Assembly: GCA_964016885.1 (NCBI GenBank)
Contig: OZ024742.1
Coordinates: 355,880,001 to 355,944,000 of the forward strand
Source of the DNA: Eledone cirrhosa
Taxonomy: Eukaryota
Length of the DNA stretch: 64,000 nucleotides
Direction: 5' to 3'
In this document: positions 26,798 to 40,548 of the stretch, one piece after another
Numbering within the stretch: position 1 is the first letter of the stretch
Layout: the number at the start of each line of letters is the position of its first letter
Made by a program: the position numbers and the translations under genes
The notes under the pieces: model-generated
What the model was told of the DNA's origin: nothing
The model's database searches: none
What the model saw: the letters and a program-made list of their open reading frames with translations, nothing else

Positions 26798-29700
26798 GAT
26801 TATTGTTGTTCTTTGAGTCTCTGTCATTGATGTTATTTAACTGGAAAGTTTGTTGAAATGAATATCAAGCCACTACCTGCAGCCTCAGATATTCAGGACG
26901 TATCGGAGGGTTCTTGCTGTTCCCAGCAAGCATGCCTTTTGAAGTGTTCCAAAAAGCGGGGCGGGACCAATTTTCTTTAAACATCCTTGGTAACTCTTTG
27001 AGATAGTACCTAGTGCGCTTATGACAATCGGGACCACTTTGACCTCATGGCAGTTCCAATTCCTTTTTAGCTCCCACTTTAAAGTCCTGGTATCGGTTAA
27101 TGTTCTCCCTCTCCTTTTCTTGCACTCTCGTGTCAAATGGGCAGCCTACATCCACAATCAGGCACGATACATTTCCCTTGTCTAAAACCACCTGATCAGG
27201 TCTATTATTTTCAAGTTTCTTGTCCGTCTGTATCCTAAAATCCCACAGCACCTTCACCTGATCGTCTTCCATCACCGACTCTGGCTTATGCTCATACCAC
27301 TTCTCAGAATGTGGTAAATTGTTTACTTTGCATAGGTGCTAGTGGATCACCCTGCCCATCACATCATGTCTCCAGCCCTTATAGTGAGTCTGGGCTAGGT
27401 GTTTACATTCGGATACAATGTGAGCTACAATCTCCTCTCTCTCTCCACAGATCCTGCACAGTGGGCTAACCTCCTCCTTGTAAATATAGTGTTTCAACCA
27501 CTTCGTTTTGAGGGACTGCTCTTGCGCAGCCATTAGCATTCCTTCTGTAGCCTTTTTAAGGTCTCCTCTTTTCAACCAGTTCCATGACTGTGGATCTCTG
27601 AATTCAGTTTTCTCAAAGAAGTTACTATGAAGGGAGTTTTCATGAAGGCTGCTCTTTCTCCTTGTTGTTATTTCCTCCTTAGACATCCCCTGGTCTATTG
27701 TCCTCTCCTTCAGTAGAATTCTGATCATTGGCTCCTTACTATCAGTCACGTATTTGTGTAGGTTGTTTTTCTCCATCTGAACACAGTCCTCTATGCTGAT
27801 AAGACCTCTTCCACCCTCAGATCTCCTTAAGTAGAGTCTATCGACATCACTCCTCTTGTGGAACATGTTGTAGATAGTCAATAGCGTCCTAGTCTTCCTA
27901 TCCATTTCTTTTTGTTCAGCAACATTCAATCTTAGAATTCACGCACTGTACCTAATAATAGAAACAGCTCGGGAATTTACTGCACTTATGGCATTCCTAC
28001 TGTTCAGATGTGACTTTAATACGCTCCTTACTCTCCGAATGTATTCAGATATTGTCATTTCCATCATGTTTTGTTCTTGATGTCATCAGCCTCCAGAACG
28101 CGCAAATACTTGTATCTTTCCTCAGAGTCAATTTCCTTTATCATCTCATCTGTTGGTACCTGGATTCCGTTGTTTCTGCTCAATTTACCCCTCTTCATCA
28201 CACAGACTCCACACTTATTATACCAAATTGCATACATATATCATTGCTGAAAATACGGACAGTGTCAACAAGCACATCCAACGCCTTCTCACTCTTCCCG
28301 AAGAGCTTCAGATCGTCCATGAAGAGGAGGTGATTGATAGTAAGCTCTCCCTTTCCCACCTTGTTTCCTGCTCTCACTTTTCGCAGTATAATGGTCAGGG
28401 GCATCAGGCAAAGACAAACAACAGTGGGGACAGAGTATCTCCCTGGAAGATACCTCTCTTGATCTTCACGCCTCCCAAGGATTCTCCAGCTGATGTTAAC
28501 TCTGTTTTCCAGGACTTCATACTGTTGCCCAACATCTGTCTGATGTTATCTGCCACCTTGAAGATCTCTAGGCTTTTGGTGATCCAAGAATGAGGCACCA
28601 TGTCAAATGCCTTTCTGTAGTCTATCCATCCCATGGCAAGACCAGTGTCTCTCCTCTTGCAATTACTCATTTATATGTTATCAATAAGTAACTGGTCCTT
28701 TGTACCACGGGACTTCTTTCGGCATCCTTTCTTTTCGTCCGGTAACAGGTTGTTTGTGTAGAGGTCATGGTAGATTTCCTCAGACATAATGCTTGTCAAC
28801 AGTTTCCACATTACGGACAGACATGTGATAGGTCTATAGTTGGTAACATCATTACCCTTGATTCGGTCTTTCATTACCAAAACTGTGGTACCTTTTGTCA
28901 ACCACTCTGGTACCTCACCTGGCATCAAGCAGTCTATAACATGGTTGTCAGTTTCGGGTGGAGGGATGTTATATTTTTAATCCAATACCCCTGCACACCA
29001 TCTGGGCCTGGTGATTTCCAGTTGGTTAGTTGTTTGGCCTGCCCCTTAAGAGTTTCAACTGTGATACTCAAATCAGTCTGTTGGTGTGCCTGTTCACTAA
29101 TCTCCTTATGTACTGTCTCAATCCACACTGCCTGGTCATTATGTTTAACATCCTGCTCCCATATTGCTCTCCAGAATGTCTTAGTTTGTTCCGCCTCAGG
29201 GATCAAGTCCTTGCCTCTCTCTTTCCCTTCCTGCTGTCCAAACAGCATCTGCTGGTTGTTATCAAACATGCGGTTCTCTCTATACTGGCTGACTCTGCTC
29301 TCGTATCGCCTAATATTTGCACTCTTTGCTACAATGCGTTGCTTCAGTTCCTCTATGATAATATTTAGCTTTTTCCTCTTAGTTTTGTACTTTATTTCCA
29401 GTCTATTTTTAGTGTCTAGATTTGTTAGTGTCCCATTCAGTAGAGACTCAAGCTTTCCAATGTCATTTCTCATTTCCCTGATTTGACCATTCAGTAGTTT
29501 CTTCCACCAAGGTTCTGATCTTTCTTGTTTGTTGTATCCTCTCGCTTTTATGCCAAGTAATTTCCTCACCGCATTTGCTGTTGCTTTGAGGATATTGTTG
29601 CACTGGTGAAGGCTCCTCGCCTCAAGGTATGTGATGACTTTGTTTACCTTAGCTGTTGTTTCTTTTAACTTTTTTCTGTCTACAAATCTTAGGTTCATAG

Positions 29701-30410
29701 GTTTTCCACTATCATTGTTAAATTCATCTACCACTAAGTTTAGGATATCAACCAAATCTTGCCCTAGCCCGCCAGCATTCATCTCTTCAATGGCCGTACC
29801 TTTGTTCTAGGTATTATTTATTTCAGCATTCAGATCAATGTCTTCTTCGGATGGTTCCTCCGTTCTCTCAACCTCTTCACCTTCATTTCCCACTGGCTCG
29901 TTTGCCTGGCCTACTCCACTCTCCATTTCCAACCTGATCTCTCTGCTCAGTTCCTCCAGTTCCAGCTCTCTTATCCATATATTAGTTCTTCTTACCTGAG
30001 TCTGCCCGGCCAATTTTTGTTCATCTAATTTAAATAGACCAATCTCGTTCCAGATGTTATGCATCCGTTTTCTCTAGCCTTTCTCCTTGGGGTTACTCTT
30101 CAGGTAACATTGCATAACAGTTCTATTCAATTATTTCGTCCAGTTGGTTCTGGTCCCTTTCCTTCTTCTTCCTCCGACACCAGCAGTATTTGGTTGACAG
30201 CCAGGTCCCTGCTGCTGTGCCAGGGAGCACCTGCTGGGTGAGAGTCTGTCACATGACATTCCAGTCTGAACTTCACCGTTATTCGAACTGTTTAGGTTCG
30301 ACATTTAAACACTCTTATCGAGGATCGGTGAATGTATGGTTACATAACCACCGGTGATTTCATCACCCCCGGTGATTTTAGTGTAGCACTATCACGCTGT
30401 AGACGGACAT
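26798..30410 (-). mobile_element. Near full-length degraded R4/Dong-clade non-LTR retrotransposon
   Basis: [64 protein letters not shown] and NRPD...IVDVGCP motifs. The 3' end abuts an (AAT)n-like tract. Confidence 0.95.
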
Positions 30411-30611
30411 AAATAAACAAACAAACAAATAGGTAAAAAAAAAAAAAAAATAATAATAAATATAAGTTTCATTGTAATGTAATGTTTGAATGTCTGACTT
30501 AGTTTTTTTCTCCTTCTCTGTCTGTGTGTTTGTTTTTCTTTTCATTTTTCTTTTCTTTACGTTTTTCGTTGTTGCTGTGCTGATTTGATTTTGATTTTTG
30601 TTTTTTTGATT

Positions 30612-31125
30612 TTTTGACCGGGTCATCAAATCAGTCTATTTATATCTTTTGATGCCTTCCTCTTTTAGTGGGGTACTACGATGCATGTCTTAGCAGGAGG
30701 TAGTGGGAGAGAATAGCGGCGGTAGCGATAATGAGGGTGTGGTGGTGGTGATGTGATCGTAGTACTGTAGTGATGGTGTTGAAGTTGAAGTAGAAATAGA
30801 AGTTGAGGTAACTTGACTAGAGTTTTTGGCGTGGTAATGGTGATGGTGGCGGTGGTGGTGTTGGTGGTGAAATTATTTGCCTGTCTGTCTACTTAGCCAT
30901 TTTTGCCATTTTCCTCTTTTTCGACTATAACATTTCTGATCCAAAATTAAATATTAAATATTGGGGCCATATGCCGTAAAGTGATGCATTGTGGCTTGCT
31001 GAGCGTGAAAAAAATGTAATCTTATACGTCATTTGCAATAAGAATTATTCTATCACAGTTGTTTTAAATAAGTAAAAATCAAAAACTCACGGGAGCGATT
31101 CCATAACGATATATACACACCATGT
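30612..31125. repeat. Dispersed ~500-bp repeat, copy of 16725-17215
   Basis: Shared colinear blocks with the first copy. Confidence 0.75.
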
Positions 31126-31189
31126 CCGTTTTCTTCTTATTATTATTATTGTTACTATTATTATTACTTTTTTTTTCTTTTTTCCAATT

Positions 31190-34100
31190 CAATGATGTTC
31201 CAAAACAATATAAAAGAGATAATTGGCAATAAGGGCAGGGGCCCCGATCGTCATCGTGCCAATTTAATAGAGCCGAACAAGATATTTAGTCTTGGCTGCT
31301 GGAACGTACGGACGCTGCTTGACAGGGATTCCTTGGAGCGTCCTGAACGAAGGTCCGCTCTTGTTGCATAGGAGCTTCGACGTTACGATCTTGACATCGT
31401 GGCTTTAACTGAGACGAGGTTAGCTGTAGATGGTCATCTTACAGAATTTTGTGGAGAATATACATTCTTCTGGAAAGGAAGAGATGAACGAACCAGAAGA
31501 GAGGCTGGGGTAGCATTTGCTGTTAAGACTGTTCTTAGTGAATAAATTAGAAGAATTCCCAGTAGGGATTAGTGAGCGTCTTGTGTCCATAAGAATTCCA
31601 CTGGACAAAGGAAGATATGCGACCCTGGTGAGTGTGTATGCTCCAACTATGAATTATGTCGATGAAGAAAAAGTGTCCTTTTACTATGCCTTGAAAGGTG
31701 TTTTAAGAAATATCCCTCAGGCAGACAGTCATCGTGCTTGGTGACTTTAATGCTAGAGTGGGTAGGGATTTTAACACATGGAATGTAATCGGAAGGCATG
31801 GGGTGGGAAAGTGTAACAACAATGGTATGCTCCTGCTGCAGATGTGTGAGGAGCTGGATCTGTGTGTTACCAACACCATGTTCCAAAAAAGAACAAATTA
31901 AAGACCACATGGATGCATCCTGTATCTAGGGAATGGCATCTTTTGGACTACGTCCTAGTCAGGATGCGTGACAGACAGGATGTGCAGTGTGTTCGTGCTC
32001 TTCGTAGATCTGAGTGCAGGACGGACCACAGCATGGTACGCGCAAAAGTGAGACGAATCACTAAACGTAAAATCCGGGCTCCTGGTTTTGCCCTGCTCAG
32101 AAGATTGAATGCTGCTCGTCTTAAGCATAAAAAAGTGAAGAGGACATTGCAAGAAGAGATGCAAGTTGCAGATCTTGGTGAGGATTGGCCGACCCTTAAA
32201 AAGTCGGTTTATGATATAGCAGGCGTGTTCTGGGATTGGTGCAGAGAAAACATCAGGTCTGGTTTAATGAGAATGATGTACATATAGAAGACTTGTTGGC
32301 TGATAATAGGCGTGCTCTGTCACGCTACTTGACGGCAAAACCACAGGAGAAGAATACGTTGCATAAGGACCTCAAGGATGTGAAATCACGTGTTAGGCGG
32401 AGTCTTTCTCAGATGAAGAATCAGTGGTGCAGTGAGAAGGCTGATGAGATACAAACTGCGTCCGATTCCAATAACACAAAGCTTTTGCACAGTCTCTTGC
32501 GTTAAGTTTATAGACCGTCTTCTTCTCTGGTGACACCGCTTCGCAGCAAGGATGGCAAGGAAATGCATCGTGACTCGCAAGGAATTCTACGAAGGTGGCG
32601 AGAGAACTTTGATGATCTTTTGAATCAGCCGTCTGTCGTCAATGAAGATTTCCTCAATCTCATTTCAGAAATCCTGTGAAATTAGCTCTCGCAGAACCTC
32701 CGACGCTTGTGGAGCTTGCAGTGGCTATCCCGAAGCTGAACAGTGGAAGGTCTCCAGGTATGTATGGCATAGATGCTGAGCTCTTACAATATGGTGGTGA
32801 GAGACTCCTGCAACATTTTCACTCTTTGTTTGGCAGGATATGGGCTAATGAATCCGTACATGAGGACTGGAGAGATGCAGTAATGGTGGTCATGTACAAG
32901 GGAAAGGGTAACAGGAATGATTGTGGGAACTACAGAGGTGTATCATTGCTTTCTGTCGTAGGAAAAGTTTTATGTAGGGTGCTTCTGGACCGTCTGCTGA
33001 CACACATTGCAGATGTTGTTCTTCCTGAAAGTCAATCTGGTTTTCGTGCTGACGCGGCACTACTGATATGATCTTCTAAGCTAAACAGCTCCAGGAGAAG
33101 TGCATGGAAAAGGTTTCGATCTGTATGAGGTTTTTGTTGATCTGACAAAAGCTTTCGATACTGTTAACAGAAATGCATTATGGAAGGTTCTTCAGAAACT
33201 TGGTTGCCCTGATAAGTTCCTTGCTTTAGTTAGGTCTTTCCATGACGATATGAAGGCTTGGGTTAATGTCGGAGGTAACATGTCGGAGCCTATCTCAGTA
33301 AAAAATGGAGTGAAACAGGGGGATATTCCAGCACCGACCCTGTTTGCCATATACTTTGCAATGGTTTTCTGTATTGCATTCAGGAATTGCGAGCATGGTG
33401 TTTACATCCGATATCGAACCCCAGGAAGCATAGTTAACATCAGGCGCTTTGATGCAAAGACAAATGTATTTACATCGATCAAAAGTGACCTCTTGTATGC
33501 AGATGATTGCGATATTGTAGCGCACACAGAGAGTGGTATGCAGTACATTTTGAATGCATTTTCTGACGCTTGCACTGCCCTAGGATTGCTGTCAGTCTCA
33601 AGAAAACCGTCGTCATGTACCAACCTTCCCTCTGGTAAGCAGTACAGTGAACCAAATATATATGTGTATGGTAAACGACTTGGAGTGGTTAATCAGTTTG
33701 TCTACCTGGGAAGCACTGTCAATCGATACAGCAACCTTGATAGTGAAATCTCACTTAGGATCAGGAAAGCAAGTGATGCTTTCGGAAAGCTAGAAAGGCG
33801 ACTCTGGGCTCGGCGAGACATATGCAAGAAGACAAAGGTAAAAAGGTGTACAAGGCTCTCTTCTTTATGCCTGTGAGACCTGGGTCACATATCGACACCA
33901 CCTTAAGCAATTGGAGCGTTTCCATCAGATGTGTCTCAGACGGATCCATGGCGTTCACTGGAGGGACCACATCAGTGATATCGAGATTTTGGAAAGCTCT
34001 ATGTGTGACAGTATAGAAGCTCTTGTGCTTAAGCAATGAGTGGTCACCTCGCCAGGATGAAGGATTCTAGAATACCAAAACAACTCTTTTATGGAGAGTT

Positions 34101-34668
34101 AGTTAAAGGAAAACGACCGCCACATAAACCAAAAAAGAGGTATAATGATTCCCTGAAACCTCTTTGAAAGACGCTAACATCTCTGCTGATACATGAGAAA
34201 ATATTGCTGCTGATCGTAATAAATGGAGAAAGACTGTATATGAGGAAAAAGTTGCCTTTGAGGAATCTCGAAGCGCATACGAGAAAGTAAAGCGGGATGT
34301 GAGGAAGGGCATTGCTGTTGCACTTACAGACGACGAGGGTCCTCCTATGGTGCTGACATGCAGCGTATGTGCGAGTGTCTGCCTAAGCACAGCTGGACTC
34401 GAAAGTCATCTTCGCAGTCATAAAGTAAGACCGGTGGTTGACTACCAGGCTGCTGTTGGAGATGCTACTCATCATGCTTGCCAAACATGTGGTAGAGAAT
34501 GTAAATCAGCAGGGGGGCTCAAACGACATGCAAAGGTACATGAACTCCAACCACAGCCGGCTATTCCCAGTGAATGTTTTGGCTGCCGACTCTGTGCAAG
34601 ACAATTTAGATCATTGGCTGGGCTAAAAAGCCACATTCGATCGCAGCGCTGTTAATTGCTATCATGTA
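31190..34668 (+). mobile_element. Near full-length degraded RTE-clade LINE (APE, RT, three C-terminal C2H2 fingers)
   Basis: LGCWNVRTL...LTETRL, SVYAPT, GDFNARVG, LDYVLV, TDH, NYRGVSLLS, FVDLTKAFD, GVKQGD and LYADD motifs. ORF 34299-34655 has three CxxC...GL.(S/R)H repeats. Confidence 0.95.
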
Positions 34669-34841
34669 TGTGTGTGTGTGCGTGTGTGTATGTATATATA
34701 TGTATAGTATTATTGTTGTTGTTGTCGTTATTATTATTGTTGTTATTATTATTATTATTGTTATTATTATATATATATTTTTTTTTTTATCGTCCAATGG
34801 CAATACTCGATAACGAGGGGGCAGCCATCATCATGTATGTA

Positions 34842-35470
34842 TGTCGGGACACTCTTGAGTGCTACTGGTAACATGTAACCCAGTACAACCTGGCGCATGG
34901 TCAGGTCGTCGGTGACTAAACCGGAAACCCCACCAAGTTTACTTAGTTAGGAGGGTGATTAGGGAAACCCTGCAGGACAAAAAAAAACCTGACAAAGGGC
35001 GGAAGAACTCATAAGAGTCAACGGCCATTCAAAAGTGTGTAAATATGTATATACAAACATGTACATATGTATGTATATGTATATGTGTATATACATGGGT
35101 GCATGTGTATATATATGCGCCGGAACATAGAAATAGTCGGGCTGGACACCCGATCGCGCGTTTAAACCACTGGGAGTGAAGTTCCCCTAGCCTTTGTCAG
35201 GGCATTCTTCTAGGAGAAGGCAACTCAGGAAACTGGGATAACTCCGATATAAACCTGCGGCTCAGTAGTTACCGATGATGTTGATATTTTCTTATTTTCG
35301 GGTTATAGCTACTGTAGCTCAAAGAGTACGATTGTCTCAGTGTACAGTCTTTCCTCACTTTAAACAATATCTTCATCACAGGCATTGCACGATAGAATTA
35401 ATTAATAATTATTAATAATGGTATATCGTGCAATGGCCATACTCGATAACGAGGGGGCAGCCATCATGTA
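34842..35470 (+). mobile_element. RTE-derived SINE-like element (family B), interrupted by a microsatellite
   Basis: The head gctactggtaacatgta.cccagtac is shared with family A. The tail tggccataCTCGataaCGAGggggcagccatcat also occurs at 34798-34832. Confidence 0.75.
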
Positions 35471-35624
35471 TGCATGCATGCATGTATGTATGTGTGTGTG
35501 TTTGAGTGTGTGTGTATATATGTGTGTATATATATATATGTGTGTATGTGTGCGAGCGTGTATATATATATATATATATATATATGTGTGCATGTGGGTG
35601 TGTATATATATATCTATATACATA

Positions 35625-36376
35625 TTTATTCACCTGATATAGTCTGGGTTGGTTGGAATATTATGACGCGAATTCTTTCTGCTCTGTTAAATGGAAACAA
35701 ATCTTGACGTTTTATTTGAGGTTGTCTATATAAGAGACCGGGAGACCATGTTGATACTAGGAAGGACATTTGTCCTAAGCCGCCTGGACTATTGCTCCCA
35801 GCTGTGGTCACCCCATAGTGTCAAACTAACCACTGAACTTGAGACAATCCAACGAAGCTACACCAAGTGGATTGCACTATGAAGGAGATGAGCTACTGGG
35901 AGAGGCTAAAAGAACTTAAACTCTACTCCTTGGAACGAAGATGGGAGAGATACGCAGTGATATACATATGTAAAATCCTGGAGGGAGTAACGCCAAACTT
36001 TCGCATTGAGAGCGGACCAACCCCCGAACAGGACGTCACTGTGTGGTGACAAAGATCCCGTCTTTCACATCTAGAACAAGAAGCAGATATTGCAATAGAC
36101 TGGGGTTCAAAGGCCCTCAACTCTTCAACAAACTGCCAAGGGGTTTGAGAGATCTACAAGGTGTGGCCGTGGATATTTTCAAGAAACTTCTCGACACCCT
36201 GCTATCCAGGATCCCGGATGAGCCGACAGCACGGTACGAAGGTAACCTAAGGGCAGCAGCAACGAACTCCCTCTTACATCAATAGCCAGCCAACACAGGC
36301 TGGAGATAGAATGTGTAGCAACAAGGGCAGTGCCCAATCATGGTCTCAGCCGGATGGCTGGAACAGCTACAAGAGT
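35625..36376 (+). mobile_element. 3' end of a CR1-group LINE
   Basis: FVLSRLDYCSQLWSP, SYWERLKELKLYSLERR.ERY and GPQLFNKLP...FKKLLD.LL..IPDEP motifs. Confidence 0.88.
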
Positions 36377-36414
36377 AAATATATATATTTAATATAGAAA
36401 TGGCTTCAACAGGA

Positions 36415-36452
36415 CTAGAACTGTTTCATTCGGAGGAAATCATCAGAATAGC
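36415..36452 (-). ncRNA. Minimal hammerhead motif in a short PLE terminal fragment
   Basis: Minus strand: ctatt CTGATGA tttcctccgaat GAAA cagttc tag. A truncated sibling lies at 44256-44291 (+). Confidence 0.6.
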
Positions 36453-36680
36453 TGAATGTCAATGTAATATGGTGTTATTTATACATTTCCTGGTGGTAGG
36501 GGAGGGTAGTAAATTCATGCTAAGTACCTATAGACAAACACATACACACTGACAGGCACTCCTAATTTCCAAGGTTCATTTATTCCAAACAAACAAAGGG
36601 TTTTCATTGAGTGGCAATATTAAAATGCTCTGCTAAAATATATAAATATGTGTGTGTGTGTGTTTGTGTATGTGTGTATG

Positions 36681-36749
<69 letters not shown>

Positions 36750-36804
36750 ATGCGTGTGTGTGATGTGTAGGTGGGTGGGTGTGATATGTGTGTGTGTGTG
36801 TGTG

Positions 36805-37467
36805 CAAATTTCAATAATATTAAGAAACCCTGATGGGGGTTAAACCCCCTATACTGAAAATTTTGGCCAATAAATGGAACAAGATTTTACGAACTCCTCC
36901 TATGGTTTTGGAGATAGACCCCCATAACCATATATATTATGAAACTACATTGCCCAGGATACTTGGATAAGTATATTTCATTTTAATGAAAGGGTTCACC
37001 GGGGGGCACAAACCCCCGCTGGAAATCTTTTCCCTTCGATTTATATGAAATTTAAACCGTAGGTAAATGACAAGATATGATGCCTATTCACAAAAGTTTT
37101 CAATTGATATTTTGAAAAAAATTATTTATAACCCCCTATAGTGAAAAGTTTGGCCTATAAATGGAACAAGATTTCACGCATCTTCCTATGGTTTTGGAGA
37201 TAGACAGCATAACCATATATATTCTGAAACTACATTGCCCAGGGTACTTGTATAAGTATATTTCATTTTAATCAAAGACCTTGATTTGCAATTTTGATAT
37301 ATTATAAAAAATGATGTTTTCCAATTTTTCATGCATTATATTTTACATTGAGTAATATTGAAATGCAGAGTTTTTCTCCATAAATTACATCACTGATTTA
37401 AAATCAATCATCATTTTCTTACAAAAAAAATGTGTGAAACGCAGCAAGGCGCTGGTAATTCGACTAG
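36805..37467 (+). mobile_element. Non-autonomous Helitron-like element
   Basis: The 3' end has a short GC hairpin cagcaaggcgctg, then CTAG|T at 37464-37468. Internal ~145-bp duplication (36843-36991 and 37130-37277). Confidence 0.6.
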
Positions 37468-37534
37468 TATATATATATATATATATATGTGAGTGTGTGT
37501 ATATATATATGTGTGTGTGTGCTCATTATATAGG

Positions 37535-38210
37535 AGAGGTGTAGGTAGAAACTCCATCCTCTACCCCATATGCAAGCTATGGGTACACAAGTGATGTAGG
37601 GGGATATCAGGAAGATTAGTTAAGAATGTAGGCTTTACATGTAGCAGTTGCACCAGGACAGTAAGCAGCAGACAATCACTGAAAACAAATGACATCAAAT
37701 CTGGGAGGACTTGGTAAAAACAATACAGAATTAGCAGCGGAGGTGGGTGTTCTGAAAGAACGGGATGTAAGAAGTTGGGGGAGCTACTGCCACAGCTGGA
37801 TACAAAAGGCTTTTCCCTCAGAATAAAGGTAGACTGTATGATGTGTGCATATGAATGGCAATGTTGCATGGTAATGAGAGCCGGGCACTGTGTGTAGAAG
37901 ACTTGCGTAGATTAGAAAGGAATTAAGCTTGTATGTTCCGATGGATGTGTAATAGTAATATACGTGAACAGTAAAGCACAAACAAACTGAAAGAGAAAAT
38001 AGGCATAAGAGGAATCACATGTTGTGTGCAGGAGAGGAGATTATGTTGGTATGGACATGTGATTCGTATAAAGGATGACAGCTACATAAAGTCCCAGAAA
38101 GACTTGAGATGAAGTGATAAAAGCCAACCTTGCCCAATTGCACCTCTGAAAGGCAATGACACAGGACCAAGATCTCTGGCGTTATGAGGTAATACAGAAA
38201 CCCCAACTGC
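37535..38210 (+). mobile_element. Degraded 3' fragment of the RTE-type LINE family found at 55690-58500
   Basis: KISSGGGCSE, KGFSLRIKGRLYDVC and LCWYGHVIR remnants match ORF 55737-56396. Confidence 0.8.
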
Positions 38211-38269
38211 CCACGGGACTAGGCCAGGACTGAAACATTCAGTATGCACCACTCCATCCCACCCTCCCA

Positions 38270-38835
38270 TATAACTTTCATGAGAACAGGCTGAAACACT
38301 GTAAAGTGGTCGTGATGGTGACACGGTAAAAAACACCCAGTCCACACTGTAAAGTAGTCGTGGAGGTATCACGACAAAAACACCCATTACTCACTGTAAA
38401 TGAGCTTGGCATTAGGAAGGGCGTCTAGCTGTAGAAACCAAGCCAAAATCAGTTCTTTATGAGCAAGACATGGCCACCTGACCTAACATTGCCAACAATA
38501 GAAGGCACATGGCTCAGTGGTTAGAGCATTGGGCTTGCAATTGAAAGGTTGTGAGTTCAATTCTCGGACCGGATGATGTGTTGTTTCCGTGAGCAAGACA
38601 CTTTATTTCACATTTCTCCAGTTTACTCAGCTGTAGAAATGAGATGATAGGACTGGGGTCCCTATCATTCCACTGCAAAGTGGTCGTAGAGGTGCTACAG
38701 CAAAAATAAAAACACCCAGCAGTCACTGTAAATGAGGTTGGTGTTAAGAAGGGCATCCAGCTGTAGAAATCAAGACAGAATCAGTTCCCGTATGAGCAAG
38801 ACAAGGTGAGCTGACCGGACACTGCCCACGACAGG
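38270..38835 (+). mobile_element. tRNA-headed SINE (head at 38504) with an adjacent partial copy
   Basis: A-box tggctcagtgg (38509), B-box gagttcaattc (38553), gagcaagacacttt core and internal cactgtaaa repeats. Confidence 0.8.
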
Positions 38836-38845
38836 ACATTTGCGA

Positions 38846-40042
38846 GCACACTTGATGTTAGTTTGAGGTGGTAACCACAAAAAAAAGGAGGTAGCAAATT
38901 TGTCACATTGATGTCCATACCATGGTGTGATGTAAATGGTAGGAGTAGGTGTTCTGTAATAAATTTACCATAATATGGTGAAGTATGGTGCTGTTTGATA
39001 TGGTGTAGTTTGGGGTAGATTAATGTGGTGTGGTGTGCTTTGTTATAAGTAAGGATTTAAATTTCCGCTTTGATTTATGTCAGAAAAACATTTTTCCTTC
39101 ACTTTTGCATGAGCTCTCAACTAATACAACTTCCAAGATGCTCGCAGTGGATTATTCTTTTAGCAAATTAATAAAATATATGACTTCCGCTGCAATAAAA
39201 AATAACTAGCTTTGTAAATGGTATTTCCACCAACATCCTCCCTCTTTTTTCTACAAAGATAGTCATTTTCGACAGGTTTCAATGTCATAATTATTTATAT
39301 GTGAAAGAAAATAGTAAATTGGGAGCACCTTTAATGTCAGATTGGGTGGTAAGCACACATAAAAAAAAGGAATCGGGAACAAAATTGTTCACACCAAGAT
39401 CAATAGTTTGGTGTGATGTAGTATGGTGTAACTTGGTATGGTGTGGTTTGGTTGAGTTTGGTTTGGCGAAGTTATGAAATGGAAACCAATTGTAGACGAT
39501 AGATTACTATGTCATATTCATTGATAATGTGTGGGAAAATAGTCATGTGCAAGCACACTTGATGTTAGTTTGAGGTACTAACCACAAAAAAAAGCAGGTA
39601 GCAAATTTGTCACATTGATGTCCATTCCATGGTGTGATTTAAATGGTAGGAGTAGGTGTTCTGTAATAAATTTACTATATGGTGAAGTATGGTTATGGTG
39701 AGATATATGGTGTGGATTGGCGTAGATTAATGTGCTGTGATGTGCTTTGTTATAAGTTAGGATTTAAATTTCCACTTGGATTTATTTTAGAAATAAAATT
39801 GTTCCTTCATTTTTGCATGTGCTATCAACTTCCAAGATGCTCGCAGTGGAGTATTCTTTTAGCATATTAACAAAAAATATGACTTCCGCTGCAATAAAAA
39901 ATGACTAGCTTTGTAAATGGTATTTCCACCCACTTTTCTCCCTCTTTTTTCTACAAAGCTAGTCATTTTCATCATGTTTCCATGACATAACCATTGATAA
40001 TATGTGTATAAAATAGTAATTTGCGAGCACCATTTATGTCAA
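38846..40042. repeat. Tandem duplication with a period of ~708 bp (about 1.7 copies)
   Basis: gcacacttgatgttagtttgagg starts at 38846 and 39554, and the copies stay colinear for ~490 bp. Confidence 0.9.
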
Positions 40043-40061
40043 AAAAGAGACTTGGAAAGAA

Positions 40062-40548
40062 TGGCAGGATGGGGGTAGTAGAGAACTCCCAGATAGTAAA
40101 CCAAGTAATACTGAATGGGGTTATACCAAATGACTAGTGTAGCATTATCATCGTCAAATGTTACAAGGGCAAAGGAGACGCCCTGGATAGAGGAAACTAT
40201 AGGGGAATTAAGTTAGTTGACCAGGTCATGAAAGTCACAGAAAGAGTTCTTACTCAACTGATTAGAGACTGAATTGATCTAGATGAAATACAGTTTGGGT
40301 TTGTGCAGGTAAAATCACTATGGATGTTCATTTCTTTGTACGGCTACTACAGAAGAAGTACCTTTCTAAAAGTAAATCCCTTTTGTTGACTTGGAGAAAG
40401 CCTTTGACAGAGTCCCACGCACCTTAATCGGGTAGGCTCTTAGAAAACTAGGAGTAGATGAATAGATTGTAAGAGCTATACAAGCCATGCATAGAGGAAC
40501 AGTCAGCAAGGTTAGAATTAACAATGAATATAGTGAAGAATTTAGTTA
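40062..40548 (+). mobile_element. RT fragment of the RTE-type family found at 55690-58500
   Basis: CYKGKGDALDRGNYRGIKL, QFGF, VDLEKAFDRVPR and VSKVRINNEYSEEF motifs. Confidence 0.85.

Noticed and set aside
38504-38580. tRNA gene
   Set aside because: A and B boxes are present, but there is no acceptor-stem pairing and the sequence continues into a SINE body.
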